A DNA stretch of 64,000 bases from Eledone cirrhosa (GCA_964016885.1 OZ024740.1:315580001-315644000); one strand, 5' to 3'. Shown: positions 29,101 to 42,600, numbered from the stretch's first letter. The notes: generated by a model from the sequence alone, not told the origin. Made by a program: numbers and translations.

Positions 29101-29610
29101 AATCATAGCTGACCTTCTGGGTTCATTCAATCCACAAGGTGTCAAATTCACTTTTTAAAGAGTCACTTGGATTTCTTTCTTTTGGACTTGGGTAAGATCA
29201 GTGATGGGCATGATGAAATATTTCATCAAGTGATCACTACTGTTGAAACAAGGTAACATGGGTGAGCTGATCCCTTGATGTTGGCAGACTTGATGTTGGC
29301 TTCACTCTTCTTGAACTTCATGCTACTGATCTTGACAGTGAAATCAATGTTGTAACTTTTCTGTAGTAAGTTTTATCTTTTAGATATATTGTTATTTTAT
29401 CAGTGATTACTTCCAGTTTAATACATTAATAAAATACATGCGATGTGCACAAGATTAGACACTTTTTTTGTAAATGTAGTATATGTGAGATATCTTGTAG
29501 ATCAAAATGTAGATGTAATGGAGCAAAACAGATTTCATATTCATAAAGGAAACCCTAAAATTAATATCACCTAAAGTAGTGTTTGCTAAAACAATTAGTG
29601 TCATGCAGTG
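26138..29610 (+). mobile_element. Degenerate Sola2-like DNA transposon with nested repeats
   Basis: Long imperfect TIRs (TGCATGAC...CATCTAGATTTTGATCTACAAGATA / TATCTTGTAGATCAAAATGTAGATG...GTCATGCAGTG); transposase remnants LHIKLG, KIKGVYIGP, ENFLGKNRSPNY, KIHFLKSHLDFF, SDGHDEIFHQ at 28830-29290. Confidence 0.7.
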
Positions 29611-29700
29611 TTATTTCAATACAATGAAATTTAGTAATGACCAGGCATGTTCAGAGGTTCTGTGGAGCTATAGTACATAGAAAAATAAGAGGTTGTGGTA

Positions 29701-31237
29701 TAAGGTATGTGCAATCAGTAAGGAGAAAATTTCAGAAGTGGCATTAAATATCATTCAATTAGAATGCTACTTCATGGTGAAGTAGACTTACATGTAATGT
29801 ATAAAGTGATTAACTGGCAACTTCCTATCTACCTAGATTGGAGCACAACAGCGTACATGGTGGAACCAGTGTGATCTGATTTGCTGATCTGTCAACATGT
29901 GTCAAGATGCAGGGAAACATGGAGCAACATTATGTCCTCAAATTTTATGTTAAACTTAAGGAAACCAAACCAGAAACTTATGGAATGTTAGAGGAGGCTG
30001 AATTAATGAGCAAAGAAAGTTTCTACGGGGGGTTTAAACACTTTTCTCAAGGAAATGAACAGGTTAAGGATAAACGCAGATCTGGAGAAATGAAGAGCAC
30101 ACAAAAGGAGGAAAACTTTGAGTAAATGCAAAGGTTGGTGGTGCAAGACCATCAAGCTACTAAGAGGATAATATCTGAAGCTGTTAGTATTGGGATAGTG
30201 GAAAATTTCTAATCAAAGATCTGGAGCTCCACAAAGTTTGTGTTAAGTTCATGGAATGTTGCACTGGCATTGTCGATATGATTATGGTTTCCCGAATTAA
30301 GTAGTGACTTGTGATGAGAGTTGGGTATTCACCTATGACCCTGAGAGCAAACACCAGAGGGCCCAAGAAGGCAAAGATGAGCAGGTCATAAGAGAAGGTC
30401 ATGGTCATTCCTTTTTTTCAACTCCAAATTGAATGGGTTCCCGAGAGCCAAACTGTCAATGAGGAGTGTTCTGAAAAGCTTCAGGGAGAGGATGAGGAAG
30501 AAGAGACCACAACAATGGAGTAGTGGTTCCACTAGGACAATGCTTCATGGCACAAGTCAATGCTGGTGACACCCTGGATGACCAACACTCATCCTCCAAT
30601 TCCAACCTGGTTCCCTGTGACTTCTTCCTGTACCCATGCATGAAAGACAGTCTCAGAGAAATCAGATTTCAGTCAACACAGGACCTGAAGGAGGCATCAG
30701 TGAATTTCCTGATGGGACTGCAGAAGAAGTATTGGAGGTATTCCTGGAGTGGGGAAGACACCTGCACAATTGTGTAGATGTGAGAGGTCATTATTTTGAA
30801 GGAGACAGAATGTTGTCGAAGACCCTCTTCGGTCACGAATTACCATGTGATTTGCACCTAGAAGGTTTCCCTCCAAGGCACTAGTCCGGGCAAAGTTGTT
30901 TAAGGAAGACCAGCAGTTGCCCATGCATACCAGCCTCCCCTCTCCACACCACCAATGATGTCCAAGGGAAAAGCTATGGCCGATACAGCTTGGCACCAGT
31001 GATGTCACAACTCATTTCTACAGTTGAGTAAACTGGTGCAACGTGAAATAAAGTGTCTTACTCAAGGACACAATGCATCACCCAGTCCGAGAATCAAACT
31101 CACAACCTCTTGATTGCAAACCCAATGCTCTAACCACTAAGCCATGTGCCTTCACATAAGTTGAAGAGTTTTGTAAGCTTACAAAAATAAATAATGTCTC
31201 TCTTGAAATTTTCACATTACCTATTGAACATACCTTG
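29701..31237 (+). mobile_element. Degenerate mariner transposon (TA TSD) with nested SINE at about 30811-31155
   Basis: TIRs TAAGGTATGTGCAATCAGTAA..GAAAATTTCA / TGAAATTTTC..TTACCTATTGAACATACCTTG, flanked by TA; remnants MEQHYVLKFYVKL...ETYGML and LVPCDFFLYP.MK. Confidence 0.82.
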
Positions 31238-31544
31238 TAATTGCACCTTTTAAAAGTTTAAAGAGTAGGGATTAAATGAAATAGTTTCAACCTGGAATTG
31301 AAACCCCATCACAGACTTTGCTTACTGTGAACTTACTTCTTACTTTAATGACACCAGATATGAAATACTGTGATTGACTTGAAAATTTGTAGTCAAATTT
31401 AATATGGTGCAGCAAAGAGTGGTTAATAGTATATTGTAACTTAGTGGTTCCAAAAGTCATATCTTGACTTTATCAACTAACTCCACCCACACTGCACCAA
31501 AACAAATTCTGATTTTGTGCCTATGTTGGAAATTATAATTAGTA

Positions 31545-31820
31545 TCCAGCCATAGAAAATCTGCAAAATGGTGGGGAGGCCTCCTCAGCTGTGTCAAAGA
31601 CATGACAACCTCCCTAGTGTTAGTGATAGGAAGGACAGGCATTTAGCCATAAAAAATCTGCAAAAGGGTGGGGAGGCCTCCTCAGCTGTGTCAAAGACAT
31701 GACAACCTCCCTAGTGTTAGTGATAGGAAGGGCAGGCATTTAGCCATAGAAAATCTGTCAAACAAAGGGTCAGAAGGACTGTTCAGCTATTTCAAAGACA
31801 TGACAACCTCCCTAGTGCTG
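31545..31820. repeat. Tandem duplication (about 98 bp unit, two copies plus a diverged third) of an RTE/SINE-tail sequence
   Basis: Repeated AGCCATA.AAAATCTG...TCAAAGACATGACAACCTCCCTAGTG. Confidence 0.75.
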
Positions 31821-32255
31821 GTGCCACATTAAAATGCAGTCGATAGAGCATGAGAACGTTTTGTAAGCGAGATACAGGGCCCCTGACCTGTTTGAGAGGT
31901 CAGTAGCTCAAGTCTGTGACACCCTGTCCAACTCTTTCTAGCAGGGAAAACATGTTAAATGATGATGATGGTGATGATTACAATTATTATGTACATTTAA
32001 AAAATTATTATGAATTTTAATTTTAAAATTTTGTTTAAAATCTCAAAAATAGTGACTTCTTTGTTACACAGGAATTCTTTCAAGAATAGCTGCAGTGTCA
32101 GTCTATTGACTTGTATTTGTGGTTTTTTACTAGATAAAAAGGCACCATATTTTAAAGGAATTGAGAAGTTGAGATACTTGCAGCGGTAAAGGAAAAATAA
32201 AAAACAGATTTAGGACCTAATAGATTTTGACTTTCATATAAAGCTCTGGGAGTTA

Positions 32256-32623
32256 TCAATCTCTTTTTTCAGATTTATATTTAGTGTTCATCAGTTGTGG
32301 TTCATCACCTTGGGTTACTATATTAGTCAATTGAGATGCTAAAGTAGCAGCAAGCTTTGGTTTTGCTGAAGGAAACGCTACAGGTTCCTCTGGATCTCTA
32401 CTAATGTTTAACATATTCATATTGGAAGTGATGTCAACATCTTCACTAATGGTTTCTAAGCTTTCTGAGTAGTCAGAGGGCAAATTAGTGGGAAATATTT
32501 GAGTGAGAAATGTTTCCACAGTTGAACCAGTACTATTGTGGACTAAACATGGGAAAAAGATAGAGTTTTTTTTCCGATAACGTGGATGTACACACCTTTT
32601 CTGCAATCCTGAAGGACCATATG
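32256..32623 (-). CDS. SHFL: Shiftless (SHFL/C19orf66/RyDEN)-like, terminal exon
   Basis: Acceptor TTTTATCTACAG; phase 1; (S)YGPSGLQKRCVHPRYRKKNSIFFPCLVHNSTGSTVETFLTQ...KRD-stop; matches the recalled SHFL motifs CAHPKSRK and HISSGSTVATCLSQ. Confidence 0.88.
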
Positions 32624-33375
32624 CTGTAGATAAAAGAAAAGGATGGATGATTATATAAAAAAACTTTTCATTAGATTCCGCTGTTAGTCATATTATTTTT
32701 ATAATTAAGTGGTGTCGAACATTCCTATTCTGATAATGTGTAGTAGTTACTGGTTAGTTCTTATGGGAAAACACATTTTTCTATTTATTCTGATATTTTA
32801 TATCAGAATATTTGGTATTGTTTTAACATTTTTTGACCATTTTTTCATCCTTCTGGGGTCAATAAAATAAGTATCAGTCAAGTACTGGGATTAATATAAT
32901 CAACTTTCCCTTCCCCCAAAGTTGCTGGCCTTCTGCCAAAATTATAACACCCTTACTATTAGGCTACGTGCCTCCACATCTAATATACTGTTCTACTTTA
33001 AAAATAGTAGGGTGTTGTTTGGTGGAAATTTGGCTGTTATTTCTAGCATTCCTAGATTGGTTCATATGATTAGTATTCAGTTTGAACTCTTGAAGGTTAT
33101 ATACGTTCTAGAGGAATGGTGTTATTGAGAAAGAAAGATTGTTAAAAAGTATTTTAGTTAAGGATCTAATGTATACAACATAACAGAAGTATTTAAACAG
33201 AGAACAACAATGGAAGTTTATGTGGGATGATACATATTGAACAAGATAAAAAGAAAAGAGCAGAGATTGCTGGAGTAATGTAAAAAGAAACAAAAGGAGT
33301 TTAGAATCTCATGATAATGGGTCAAAAGTTGTTGGGGTGTAATGAAAATAAGCTGGAGCTATAGTAAGCTAGTCC

Positions 33376-33704
33376 ATTGGTTGCTAACTAGTGGTCCAAG
33401 AGAACATTTTGGTGGTCAGCAGAAAAATTGGGACATTATTTGCAATTTTTATATTTTATTAATAATAAAACAAAAATAATATTTGGTTAACATATATTTT
33501 ATAACCCTCCTAAAAATGTTTCTCCTCAGTAAAGAACAGACATCCATGAAAGAATTTTACACATATGTATCATCTATCAACAATATGACACACGTACACT
33601 TCAGTATTGTTTCGACCATGGACCATTAATTCATATTAGTGGTCTGTGGGATTTAAAATTATGAATTTAGTTGTCGTTGAGGTCCGAAAAGTTGGCAACC
33701 GCTG
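33376..33704. mobile_element. hAT-like MITE remnant
   Basis: TIRs CATTGGTTGCTAACT / AGTTGGCAACCGCTG with GTGGTCC subterminal motifs. Confidence 0.5.
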
Positions 33705-33772
33705 AGCTAGTCTATCATACAACATTAATACACAAAAAGTCTCATAATAAAAAAATATTCAGGTTGTCTTAC

Positions 33773-33954
33773 ATATTGCATCCTTTTCAGTGTCTGATAC
33801 AAAACAATGGCAATCTGGTGCATCACATGAATGTTGGTTCCTCCTTGATTGACGGGTTCGATTTTGTGTCTTCGGTGGCTCAATTTTATTTGGGTAGCAC
33901 AAGTTATTACAATTATAACATATAGATCTCGTTGTTGACTTCTGACCAAAGCCT
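33773..33954 (-). CDS. SHFL: Shiftless-like exon (CYxC...YP..I.PP, HSC..DC)
   Basis: TTTCAG acceptor, GTAAGA donor, 182 nt, phase 2 to 1; GFGQKSTTRSICYNCNNLCYPNKIEPPKTQNRTRQSRRNQHSCDAPDCHCFVSDTEKDAI aligns with recalled SHFL GWAQ...CYGCGFPVYPTRILPP...HSCSAADC. Confidence 0.9.
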
Positions 33955-35014
33955 CTGAAAATATACAGGAAATCTATATGTAACAAAAAAATTCTATTTT
34001 TCAATATTGATTTGTGAGGGCTGTTTCGTAGAGGATAGGGAATTGGATTTACAATCCTAAGATTGCGAGTTTGATTCCCAGATCAAGTGATGAGTTATGT
34101 ACTTAAGCAAGACACTTTATTTCACATTATTCCTTCTGCCAGGAGTAGTGATTGGTAGATTGTATCAGCAATGGAAAGATCAATTGAAACATTGTATCCT
34201 TGGTCTGATTTGACAACTTCCACCTCAATCAGTAAGTGAATGAGGCCTGGGATCTTGTCAATCGATCCAGTTGATATACAGTAAGTTCTCACCTTATGAA
34301 CATAATACTTACGAACTTACAACGCAGATACGAACAGTCTCACAAAGAAAAAGAAATTTTGTCTGTGTTTGAAATTCATGTTTTTGTGGGCTCTTTCAGG
34401 CCCTGAGTTCCTTCTTTTGCAGCATAAAAACAAGTCAAAACCATACCTACAGTATGGGATACCATTCTGTTTTCGTAGAATTGAAAAAGTACATTTTTTC
34501 TTTAACAATTTATTGTCATTAGCTTTACAGTATTTAAATTCATTATTACATGTTATATATATATATATATATATAAAGAGAGAAAAGGTGAAATTGGAAA
34601 GAGCTTGGAAAAATATTTAAGTCTGTTTTTCTTTTTTTTTCCTTTCTTTGATTTGTCAAAGGGACATTATTGAAAAAAATGAGAGGGAGAATTCTTTTAA
34701 AAAAGACTTTTATAATGTATATAAAGTATAATCGGCTTCAATGTATTAGAAAAATTCATCTTATCAAATGTTGAGTATTACAATTAAAAAGAATTAATAA
34801 GGATTCAAAATTAAAAATTTAAAATTAAGTGTTGAGGCAAGTTTTTTCCATCTTCCTTGTTGAGAAGGAAACTGGGAAAATGAACTCTTGTGTATATAGA
34901 GATAGGTGTGGCCAAGGTGGTAGCAGCAGCAGCAGTGGTGGTAGTTGTGTTTTTTCACACACAACAAAATTGTTTTTAGGGGTAAGGAGATATTCTATAT
35001 ATATATATATATAT

Positions 35015-35646
35015 GACAGCTTCCGTTACCTAGGCGATAAAATCAGCAGTGGGGGAGGGTGCTCTGAAAGTACAGTAGCTAGAGTCAGAACTGGTTGGAA
35101 AAAGTTCAGAGAGATTATACCACTATTAGCTGCTAAAGGGTTCTCCCTAAAAATGAAAGGCAGGTTGTACGATGCCTGCATACGAACAGCAATGCTGCAT
35201 GGCAGTGAGACCTGGGCATTGTGTGCAGAGGATAGACGCAGACTAGAGAGGAACGAAGCTTGCATGCTCCGCTGGATGTGTAACAGTAATATACGTGAAC
35301 GGCAAAGCATAAACGAACTAAGGAAAAAATTAGAGATAAGAGGGATCAGATGTTTACTCGAGAGAAGGCTACGTTGGTATGGACACGTGATGCGCATGAA
35401 AGTCGATAGCTGTATAACAAAGTGCAGGGCAATAAAGATAGACGGTAGTCACGGAATAGGCAGACCTAGAAAAACCTGGGACGACCTGATAAACTCCGAC
35501 ATCACACACTTACACCTCTCCAAGACAATGTCACTGGACCGAGACCTTTGGCGGTACTCAGTAACAGAGAAGACCCGCCTTACCTAAATATATAGTAAAA
35601 CCTACTCCAGCCAGTAGGCATCTCTAACAAAATACACCCCGTCCCA

Positions 35647-35649
<3 letters not shown>
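35015..35649 (+). mobile_element. RTE LINE family A fragment between (TA)n tracts
   Basis: DSFRYLGD...GWKKFRE...RWYGHVMRM...GRPRKTW; near-identical to 45559-46578 in the opposite orientation; the 3' tail is missing. Confidence 0.92.
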
Positions 35650-35712
<63 letters not shown>

Positions 35713-35727
35713 GTATATATATATGTG

Positions 35728-35764
<37 letters not shown>

Positions 35765-35871
35765 GTGTATATATATATATATATGTGTGTATATATATAT
35801 ATATATATGTGTATATATATATATATATATATGTGTATATATATATATATGTGTATATATATATATATGTA

Positions 35872-35959
<88 letters not shown>

Positions 35960-35969
35960 ATATATATAC

Positions 35970-36016
<47 letters not shown>

Positions 36017-36067
36017 ATATATATACATATATATATATACATATATATATATATGTAATATATATAC

Positions 36068-36105
<38 letters not shown>

Positions 36106-36125
36106 GTGTATATATATATATATAT
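35649..36125. repeat. Compound (TA)n microsatellite, about 480 bp
   Basis: TA repeat with TG, CA and GTAA interruptions; source of the spurious YI-repeat ORFs. Confidence 0.97.
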
Positions 36126-39031
36126 AACACTAACTTCAAAAAACGAGACCTATCTGTAACACTAACTTCAAAAAACGAGACAATCACTTGATCACCTACA
36201 GATCAGGGGAACATACCAGCCAGGTAGATTATATCCTTACCAGAAGACGTGACAGAGTGTCTGTTGTAAACACTAAATCCCTCCCCCATGAAGAATGCAC
36301 CTCCCAACATAGACTGATAATTAGCGACCTCATAGTCAGGACGAGACGTACTCGACAGCAGAAGAGGACTATCCTCAGGAGAAAAATATGGAAGCTAAAG
36401 GACCCCACAGCCAGAAATAAATTTCAAAGCATATTACTTGATGCTTTCGACAGTAAGGAAGAGCAATTAGAGTCGTATAATATAGAGGAACAGTGGGAAT
36501 TCCTGAAAGCAAACCTGCTGACGGCGGCAGACGAAGTCTGTGGCTGGAGCAGGCCTGTAGGTAGGAGGAGAGTAACATGGTGGCGGAACAGTAAGGTGGA
36601 GGAGTCAATTGAGGCTAAAAAGCAGGCTTGGAAAGTATGGCGGGATGGGGGAAGTAGAGAAGACTATCAAGTGGCCAGGAGGGAAGCTAGGAGACAAGTG
36701 TACTTCGCAAGAAGGGAAGCAGAGGAAAGAAAGTTCAAGCATGTTCTACAACGCGAGGACCAAAAACGTGAGGTGTTCAGGATTGCTAGGCAATGTGTCA
36801 AGGAAAACCGTGATATTGTCGGGGAGAAGTGTGTACTTAATGATGATGGCGTACTTGCCATCACTGACGCTGATAAGAAGGTAGCTTGGAAGTGTCACTA
36901 CGAAATGCTACTAAATGAGGAGAATAAATGGGAGAAAGACAGTCTCCCCCACATCGACCCAATAGAGGGACCAGCAGTGTTAGTTGAAGGTAGTATAATA
37001 AGTAAGGCAATCAAAGATATGAAGACGGGTAAGGCGGCTGGGCCTTCGGAAATAGTTGCTGAGATGCTGAAAGCCTCTGGAACGGTGGGACACACCATGG
37101 ACACCCGGATAGTAAACCAAGTCATACAGAATGGGGTTGTTCCGAAGGACTGGCGTAGCAGCATCATCATTAACTGCTACAAGGGTAAAGGAGACGCCCT
37201 AGATAGGAGTAACTATAGAGGCATTAAATTAATCGACCAGGTCATGAAGGTCACGGAAAAAGTAATAGCGCAAGTAATCAGAGAGAGAATCGATCTAGAT
37301 GAAATGCAGTTCGGGTTTGTGTCAGGCAAAAGTACTACAGACGCTCTTTTCATTGTACGACAACTACAGGAGAAGTACCTAGCTAAAAGTAAACCCCAAT
37401 ACTTAGCTTTCATCGACTTGGAGAAAGCCTTCGACAGAGTCCCCTGTTCCATTATCTGGTGGGCTCTTAGAAAACTAGGTGTTGATGAATGGCTTGTGAG
37501 AGCTATACAAGCCATGTATAAAGAAACAGTCAGCAAGGTTAGAATTAACAACGAATATAGTGAAGAGTTTAGCGTAAAAGTTGGTGTTCATCAGGGCTCT
37601 GTTCTTAGCCCCCTACTATTTATTATTGCCCTTCAGGCTATAACAGTGGAGTTCAAAACCGGCTGCCCATGGGAACTCCTATACGCAGATGATCTAATGC
37701 TCATAGCTGAATCAATGGCCGAGCTAGAGAAGAAATTCCAAACATGGAAGCACGGCCTAGAATCAAAAGGCCTTAAAATTAACCTGGCTAAGACTAAAGT
37801 TCTAGTTTGTAGGAAAGAAAATAAGGCGCCGGTCCCTTCCGGGAAATGGCCATGCTCAGTGTGTAGGAAAGGCGTAGGTAGAAACTCCATTTTATGTCCC
37901 AAATGCAAAGTATGGGTGCATAAAAGATGTAGTGGGATCATAGGTAAGCTAACTAAGAACATAGATTTTACATGTGGCCGGTGCTCTGGTGCAATAAGTA
38001 GCAGCAAGTGCCCACAGAATACTAGCTCTTTCAATTGCGCAGAGGGTTCTATAGAAATAGTGGACAGCTTCCGTTACCTGGGTGACAAAATCAGCAGTGG
38101 GGGAGGGTGCTCTGAAAGTACAGTAGCTAGAGTCAGAACTGGATGGAAAAAGTTCAGAGAGCTTATACCACTATTAGCCGCTAAAGGGTTCTCCCTAAAA
38201 ATGAAAGGCAGGCCGTATGATGCCTGCATACGAACAGCAATGTTGCATGGCAGTGAGACCTGGGCATTGTGTGCAGAGGATATACGCAGACTAGAGAGGA
38301 ACGAAGCTTGCATGCTCCGCTGGATGTGTAATAGTAATATACGCGAACGGCAAAGCATAAACGAACTAAGGGAAAAATTAGAAATAAGAGGGATCAGATG
38401 TTGTTTACTCGAGAGAAGGCTACGTTGGTATGGTCACGTGATGCGCATGAAAGACGACAGCTGTATAAAAAAGTGCAGGGCAATAAAGATAGACGGTAGC
38501 CATGGAGTAGGCAGACCCAGAAAAACCTGGGATGACCTGATAAACTCCGACCTCACACACACCTCTCCAAGACAATGTCACTGGACCGAGATCTTTGGCG
38601 GCACTCAGTAATAGAGAAGACCCGCCTTACCTAAATACAAAGTAAAATCTACTACAGTCAGTAGGCATCTCTAACAAAATACACCCCCGTCCCACCACCC
38701 CCACCCCATCCACACCGCCCCTTTCAATGTAAAGTTATGTTGGTGCCACAACATCCAGGCCGAAACAAATGAGATCGTGTAGGTGTCACGACAAAAAAAC
38801 ACACAGTCCACGCTGTAATGTGACCGTGTAGGCAACACGATAAAAACCTCCCAGTCCCACACTGTAAATGTGGTTGGTGTTAGGAATGGGAATCCAGCTG
38901 TAGAAAACCCGCCAGACAGTCCTATGCGAGCAAGACAACCACTCTTGCCTCAAGTGGGAAAACTCCCGTCCAATCCCATGCAAGCGTGGAACATGGACGT
39001 TAAACGATGATGATGATGATGATGATGATGA
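36125..39031 (+). mobile_element. RTE LINE family A, 5'-truncated in the APE domain, 807 aa open frame
   Basis: ORF 36188-38611: APE end (SQVDYIL, SQHRL), RT (NYRGIKL, QFGF, FIDLEKAFD, GVHQGSVLSP, YADD at 37682-37693), PHD-like finger, C-terminal RWYGHV/GRPRKTW; (GAT)n tail. Confidence 0.96.
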
Positions 39032-39652
39032 TATACACATATATATATATATTTATATACATATATATATATATATGTTGGGTCGTTGGCGACTAAACTG
39101 GCAACCCCACCAAGGTTTCTTGTTGAGGAGGGTGACTTTGGACATCCTGCAGGACTAAAAACAAAACCTGTCAAAGGGCAAAGGAGCTCTTAAGAGTCAA
39201 TGGCCATCCAAAATCACTGGGAGAGATGACCCCTTAGCCTTTGTCAAGGCAGAATTCTAGGAGAAGGAAAACTCTGATATAACACCTGCAACCCTGATGG
39301 TATCCAATGATGTTGACTTGTTCTTCTTTTTGGTAAATATCATCTTGGTTAAGAGAGTGGGACTGGCTTTGTGCAGTGCCTTTGCTCACTATAAAAGCTT
39401 CACGGCACAGGCATTGCTTTATATCTGGAGATCTCTCTGCCCTTGTCACATGGTACCATGGGCCCAGCACTATGTGTCAATTGTCACAGGTGTAGTGTTT
39501 GTACCAGAGTTTTCAAGTCGCTGGCTGGACTAAAAAGTCACACTCGTTCAGCGCATCCGTACGGGTTCTCCTACATGGATATAAAGTAGTGGCCGTACTC
39601 AAAAACGAGTTGGCAGCCACCATATATATATATGTATATATATATATATATG

Positions 39653-42600
39653 TCATCATCATCATCATCACCGTTTTATGTCCGTTCTTCCATGCTAGCA
39701 TGGGTTAGACGGGTTGTCCTGTTGTGGGCAGTGTCTGGTCGGCTGACAATGCCTTGCTCATACAGGAACTGATCTGGCTTGATTTCTACAGCTGGATGCC
39801 CCTCCTAACACCAACCTCATTTACAGTGAGTGCTGGGGTGCTTTTTCGTGGCGCCTACACGTCCACTCTACAGTGTGGGCTGGGTGCTTTTTTGCCGTGG
39901 TACCTCCACGACCACCTTGCAGTGGGAGGGTGTGGGGGCATATTGTCTATATGCTTCAGCTTGTACCCATGGGAGGTTGGGTACTCTGTATTATTGCGTG
40001 ACGCCAGAGGTCAGGGTCGTGTGTCATCACCTTGGAGAGGTGTAATTGGGTAAGGTCGGCTTTTATCACCTCACCCCACGTCATCTTGGGTCTCCCCACT
40101 CCGCGGTTTCCATCAACTTCTAGTGCTCTGCACTTTTTTATGCAGCTGTCATCCTTCATACGCATCACATGTCCATACCAACGCAACCGCCTCTCCTGCA
40201 CACATCATTTGATTCCTCTTATGCTCAGTCTCTCTCTCTCAATTCCTTTATGCTTTGTCGTTCGCGTATATTACTATTACACATCCATCGGAGCATGCAG
40301 GCTTCGTTTCTCTCTAATCTACATAAGTCTTCCACCTTCAGCACCCAAGTCTCACTACCATGTAACATTGCTGTTCGGATACACGCATCATACAGTCTGC
40401 CTTTCATTTTGAGGGAGAAGCCTTTTGCAGCTAGCAGTGGCAGTAGTTCCCTGAACTTCTTCCATCCCGTTCTTACCCTAGTTATTGTACTTTCTGAACA
40501 CCCACCTCCGCTGCTAATTTGGTCACCAAGGTAGCAGAAGCTGTCTACTGTCTCTACAGAGCCCTCCCAGAGATTGGTGGTACTTGTTTCCTGTGGCTGT
40601 TTGCTGCTTGCTGTCCCAGTACAGCTGCTGCATGTGAAGCCTACATTCTTAATTAAGCTTCCTGAGATCTCGCTACATCTCTTGTGTACCCATTGTTTGC
40701 ATTTGGAGCAGAGAATGGAGTTCCTACCTACACCTTTCCTACATACTGAGCAAGGCCATTTCCCTGAGGAGATCTGGGTTCTGTTTTCTCGTCTACTTAC
40801 AAGGTCCTTAGTCTTTGTCATGTTGACTTTGAGACCCTTTCTTTCTAGTCCCTGCTTCCAAGTTTGGAATTTCTTCTCTAGTTCTACCATAGATTCAGCT
40901 ATAAGTACGAGGTCATCAGCATACAGGAGTTCCCATGGGCATCCGGTCTTAAACTCCTCCGTTATTGCTTGCAGGACTATGATGAACAGGAGAGGGCTAA
41001 GAACAGAGCCCTGGTGGACCCCAACCTGTACGCTAAATTCCTCGCTATACTCATTGCTAATCCTAACTTTGCTGACTGCTCCCCTATACATGGCTTGTAC
41101 AGCTTTCACAAGCCATTCATCTACTCCTAGTTTTCTAAGAGCCCACCAGATTACAGCACGTGGAACTCTGTCAAAGGCTTTCTCGAGATCGACGAATGCC
41201 AGGTAGAGTGGCTTACTTTTAGCTAGGTACTTTTCCTGTAACTGCCTCACAAGGAAGAGGGCATCAGTGGTGCCTCTTCCTGGTACAAACCCAAATTGCA
41301 TCTCATCTAGTTTCACCCGGTCCCTAATCAACTGTGCTATAACTCTTTCTGTTACTTTCATGACCTAGTCCATCAGCTTTATACCTCTATAGTTTCCTCT
41401 ATCGAGTGCATCACCTTTACCTTTGTAGCAGTTGCTATGATGCTACAGTAGCAATGATGCTACTGCACCAATCTTTTGGTATGACACCTTCTAGTATTAC
41501 CTGGTTAACAATACGTGTGGTTATAGTGTGACCTACAGACCCAGATGCCTTCAGCATCTCGGCAGCTATACCCGATGGACCGGTTGCCTTCCCCATCTTC
41601 ATATCTTTGATTGCCTTACTTACTACGCTGCTGCTGACTTGTACTGCTGGCCCCTCTATAGGGTCTACTTGGGGTAGGGTCTCTTCTTCCCATGCATTCT
41701 CCTCATTTAGTAATCTATCATAATGACTCTTCCATGCATCTTTCTTCTCAGCACTTGTGAGGGCAAGCTCACCTTTATCATTCTGGATACACTTCTCTCC
41801 AATGACATCACAATTCTCTCTGACACAGCCTCGCAATCTTGAACACCTCCTGTTTCTGGTCCTCACGTTGCAAAACATGCTTGAATTTTCTATCCTCTGC
41901 TTCCCTCCTAGCTAAGTATACTTGTCGCCTAGCTTCCCTCTTGGTCTCTATGTAATGTACCCTACTCCCCCCGTTCTTTCATTCTTTCCATGCCTGTCTC
42001 TTGGCCTTAACTGCCTCATCTACCTTATTGTTCCACCACCAAGTCACTCTCCTCCTGCTTGTGGTCTTACTCCAGCCACAGACCTCATCCGTCGCCTCTA
42101 GTAAGTCACTCTCCTCCTGCTTGTGGTCTTACTCCAGCCACAGACCTCATCCGTCGCCTCTAGTAAGTTATTTTTTAGGAACTCCCAGTGCTCTTCTACA
42201 TGTCTCTATCTGTTCTTCTTTACTGTCGTAGGCGTTGAGTAAAATATCTTTAAATCTGTTACTGGCTGAGGGGTCTTTCAGCTTCCAGGTTGGCCTCTGT
42301 TTCCAGGTTCATCTAGTTCTGACCGTGAGGTTGCTGACAACTAAGCTATGTTGGGAGGTACATTCCTCACTCGGAAAGGCTTTTGTGTTTACGACCGTCC
42401 ATCTGTCACGTCCTGAGGATAAAATCTGACTAGAATGCTCCCCTGATCTATAGGTGATCGGTGGTTGTCGGGTTTTTTGAAGTTTGTGTTACATATCGAC
42501 ATGTCATTGGCGTCGCAGAATTCTAGAAGTCTGAATCCTTCTTCATTTCTTGTGCCAACCCCATGGCCTCCATGGACTCTATTGAAGCCGTCACAGTGTT

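Noticed and set aside
33725-33949. Alternative reading frame of the 182 nt exon (VRSQQRDLY...)
   Set aside because: Incompatible with flanking exon phases and lacks the SHFL Cys motifs.
35580-36187. Long Y/I-rich ORFs on both strands
   Set aside because: Translations of a (TA)n microsatellite.
36375-41206. Multiple ORFs antisense to the RTE coding frames
   Set aside because: Shadow ORFs of LINE coding sequence, repeated in every copy.
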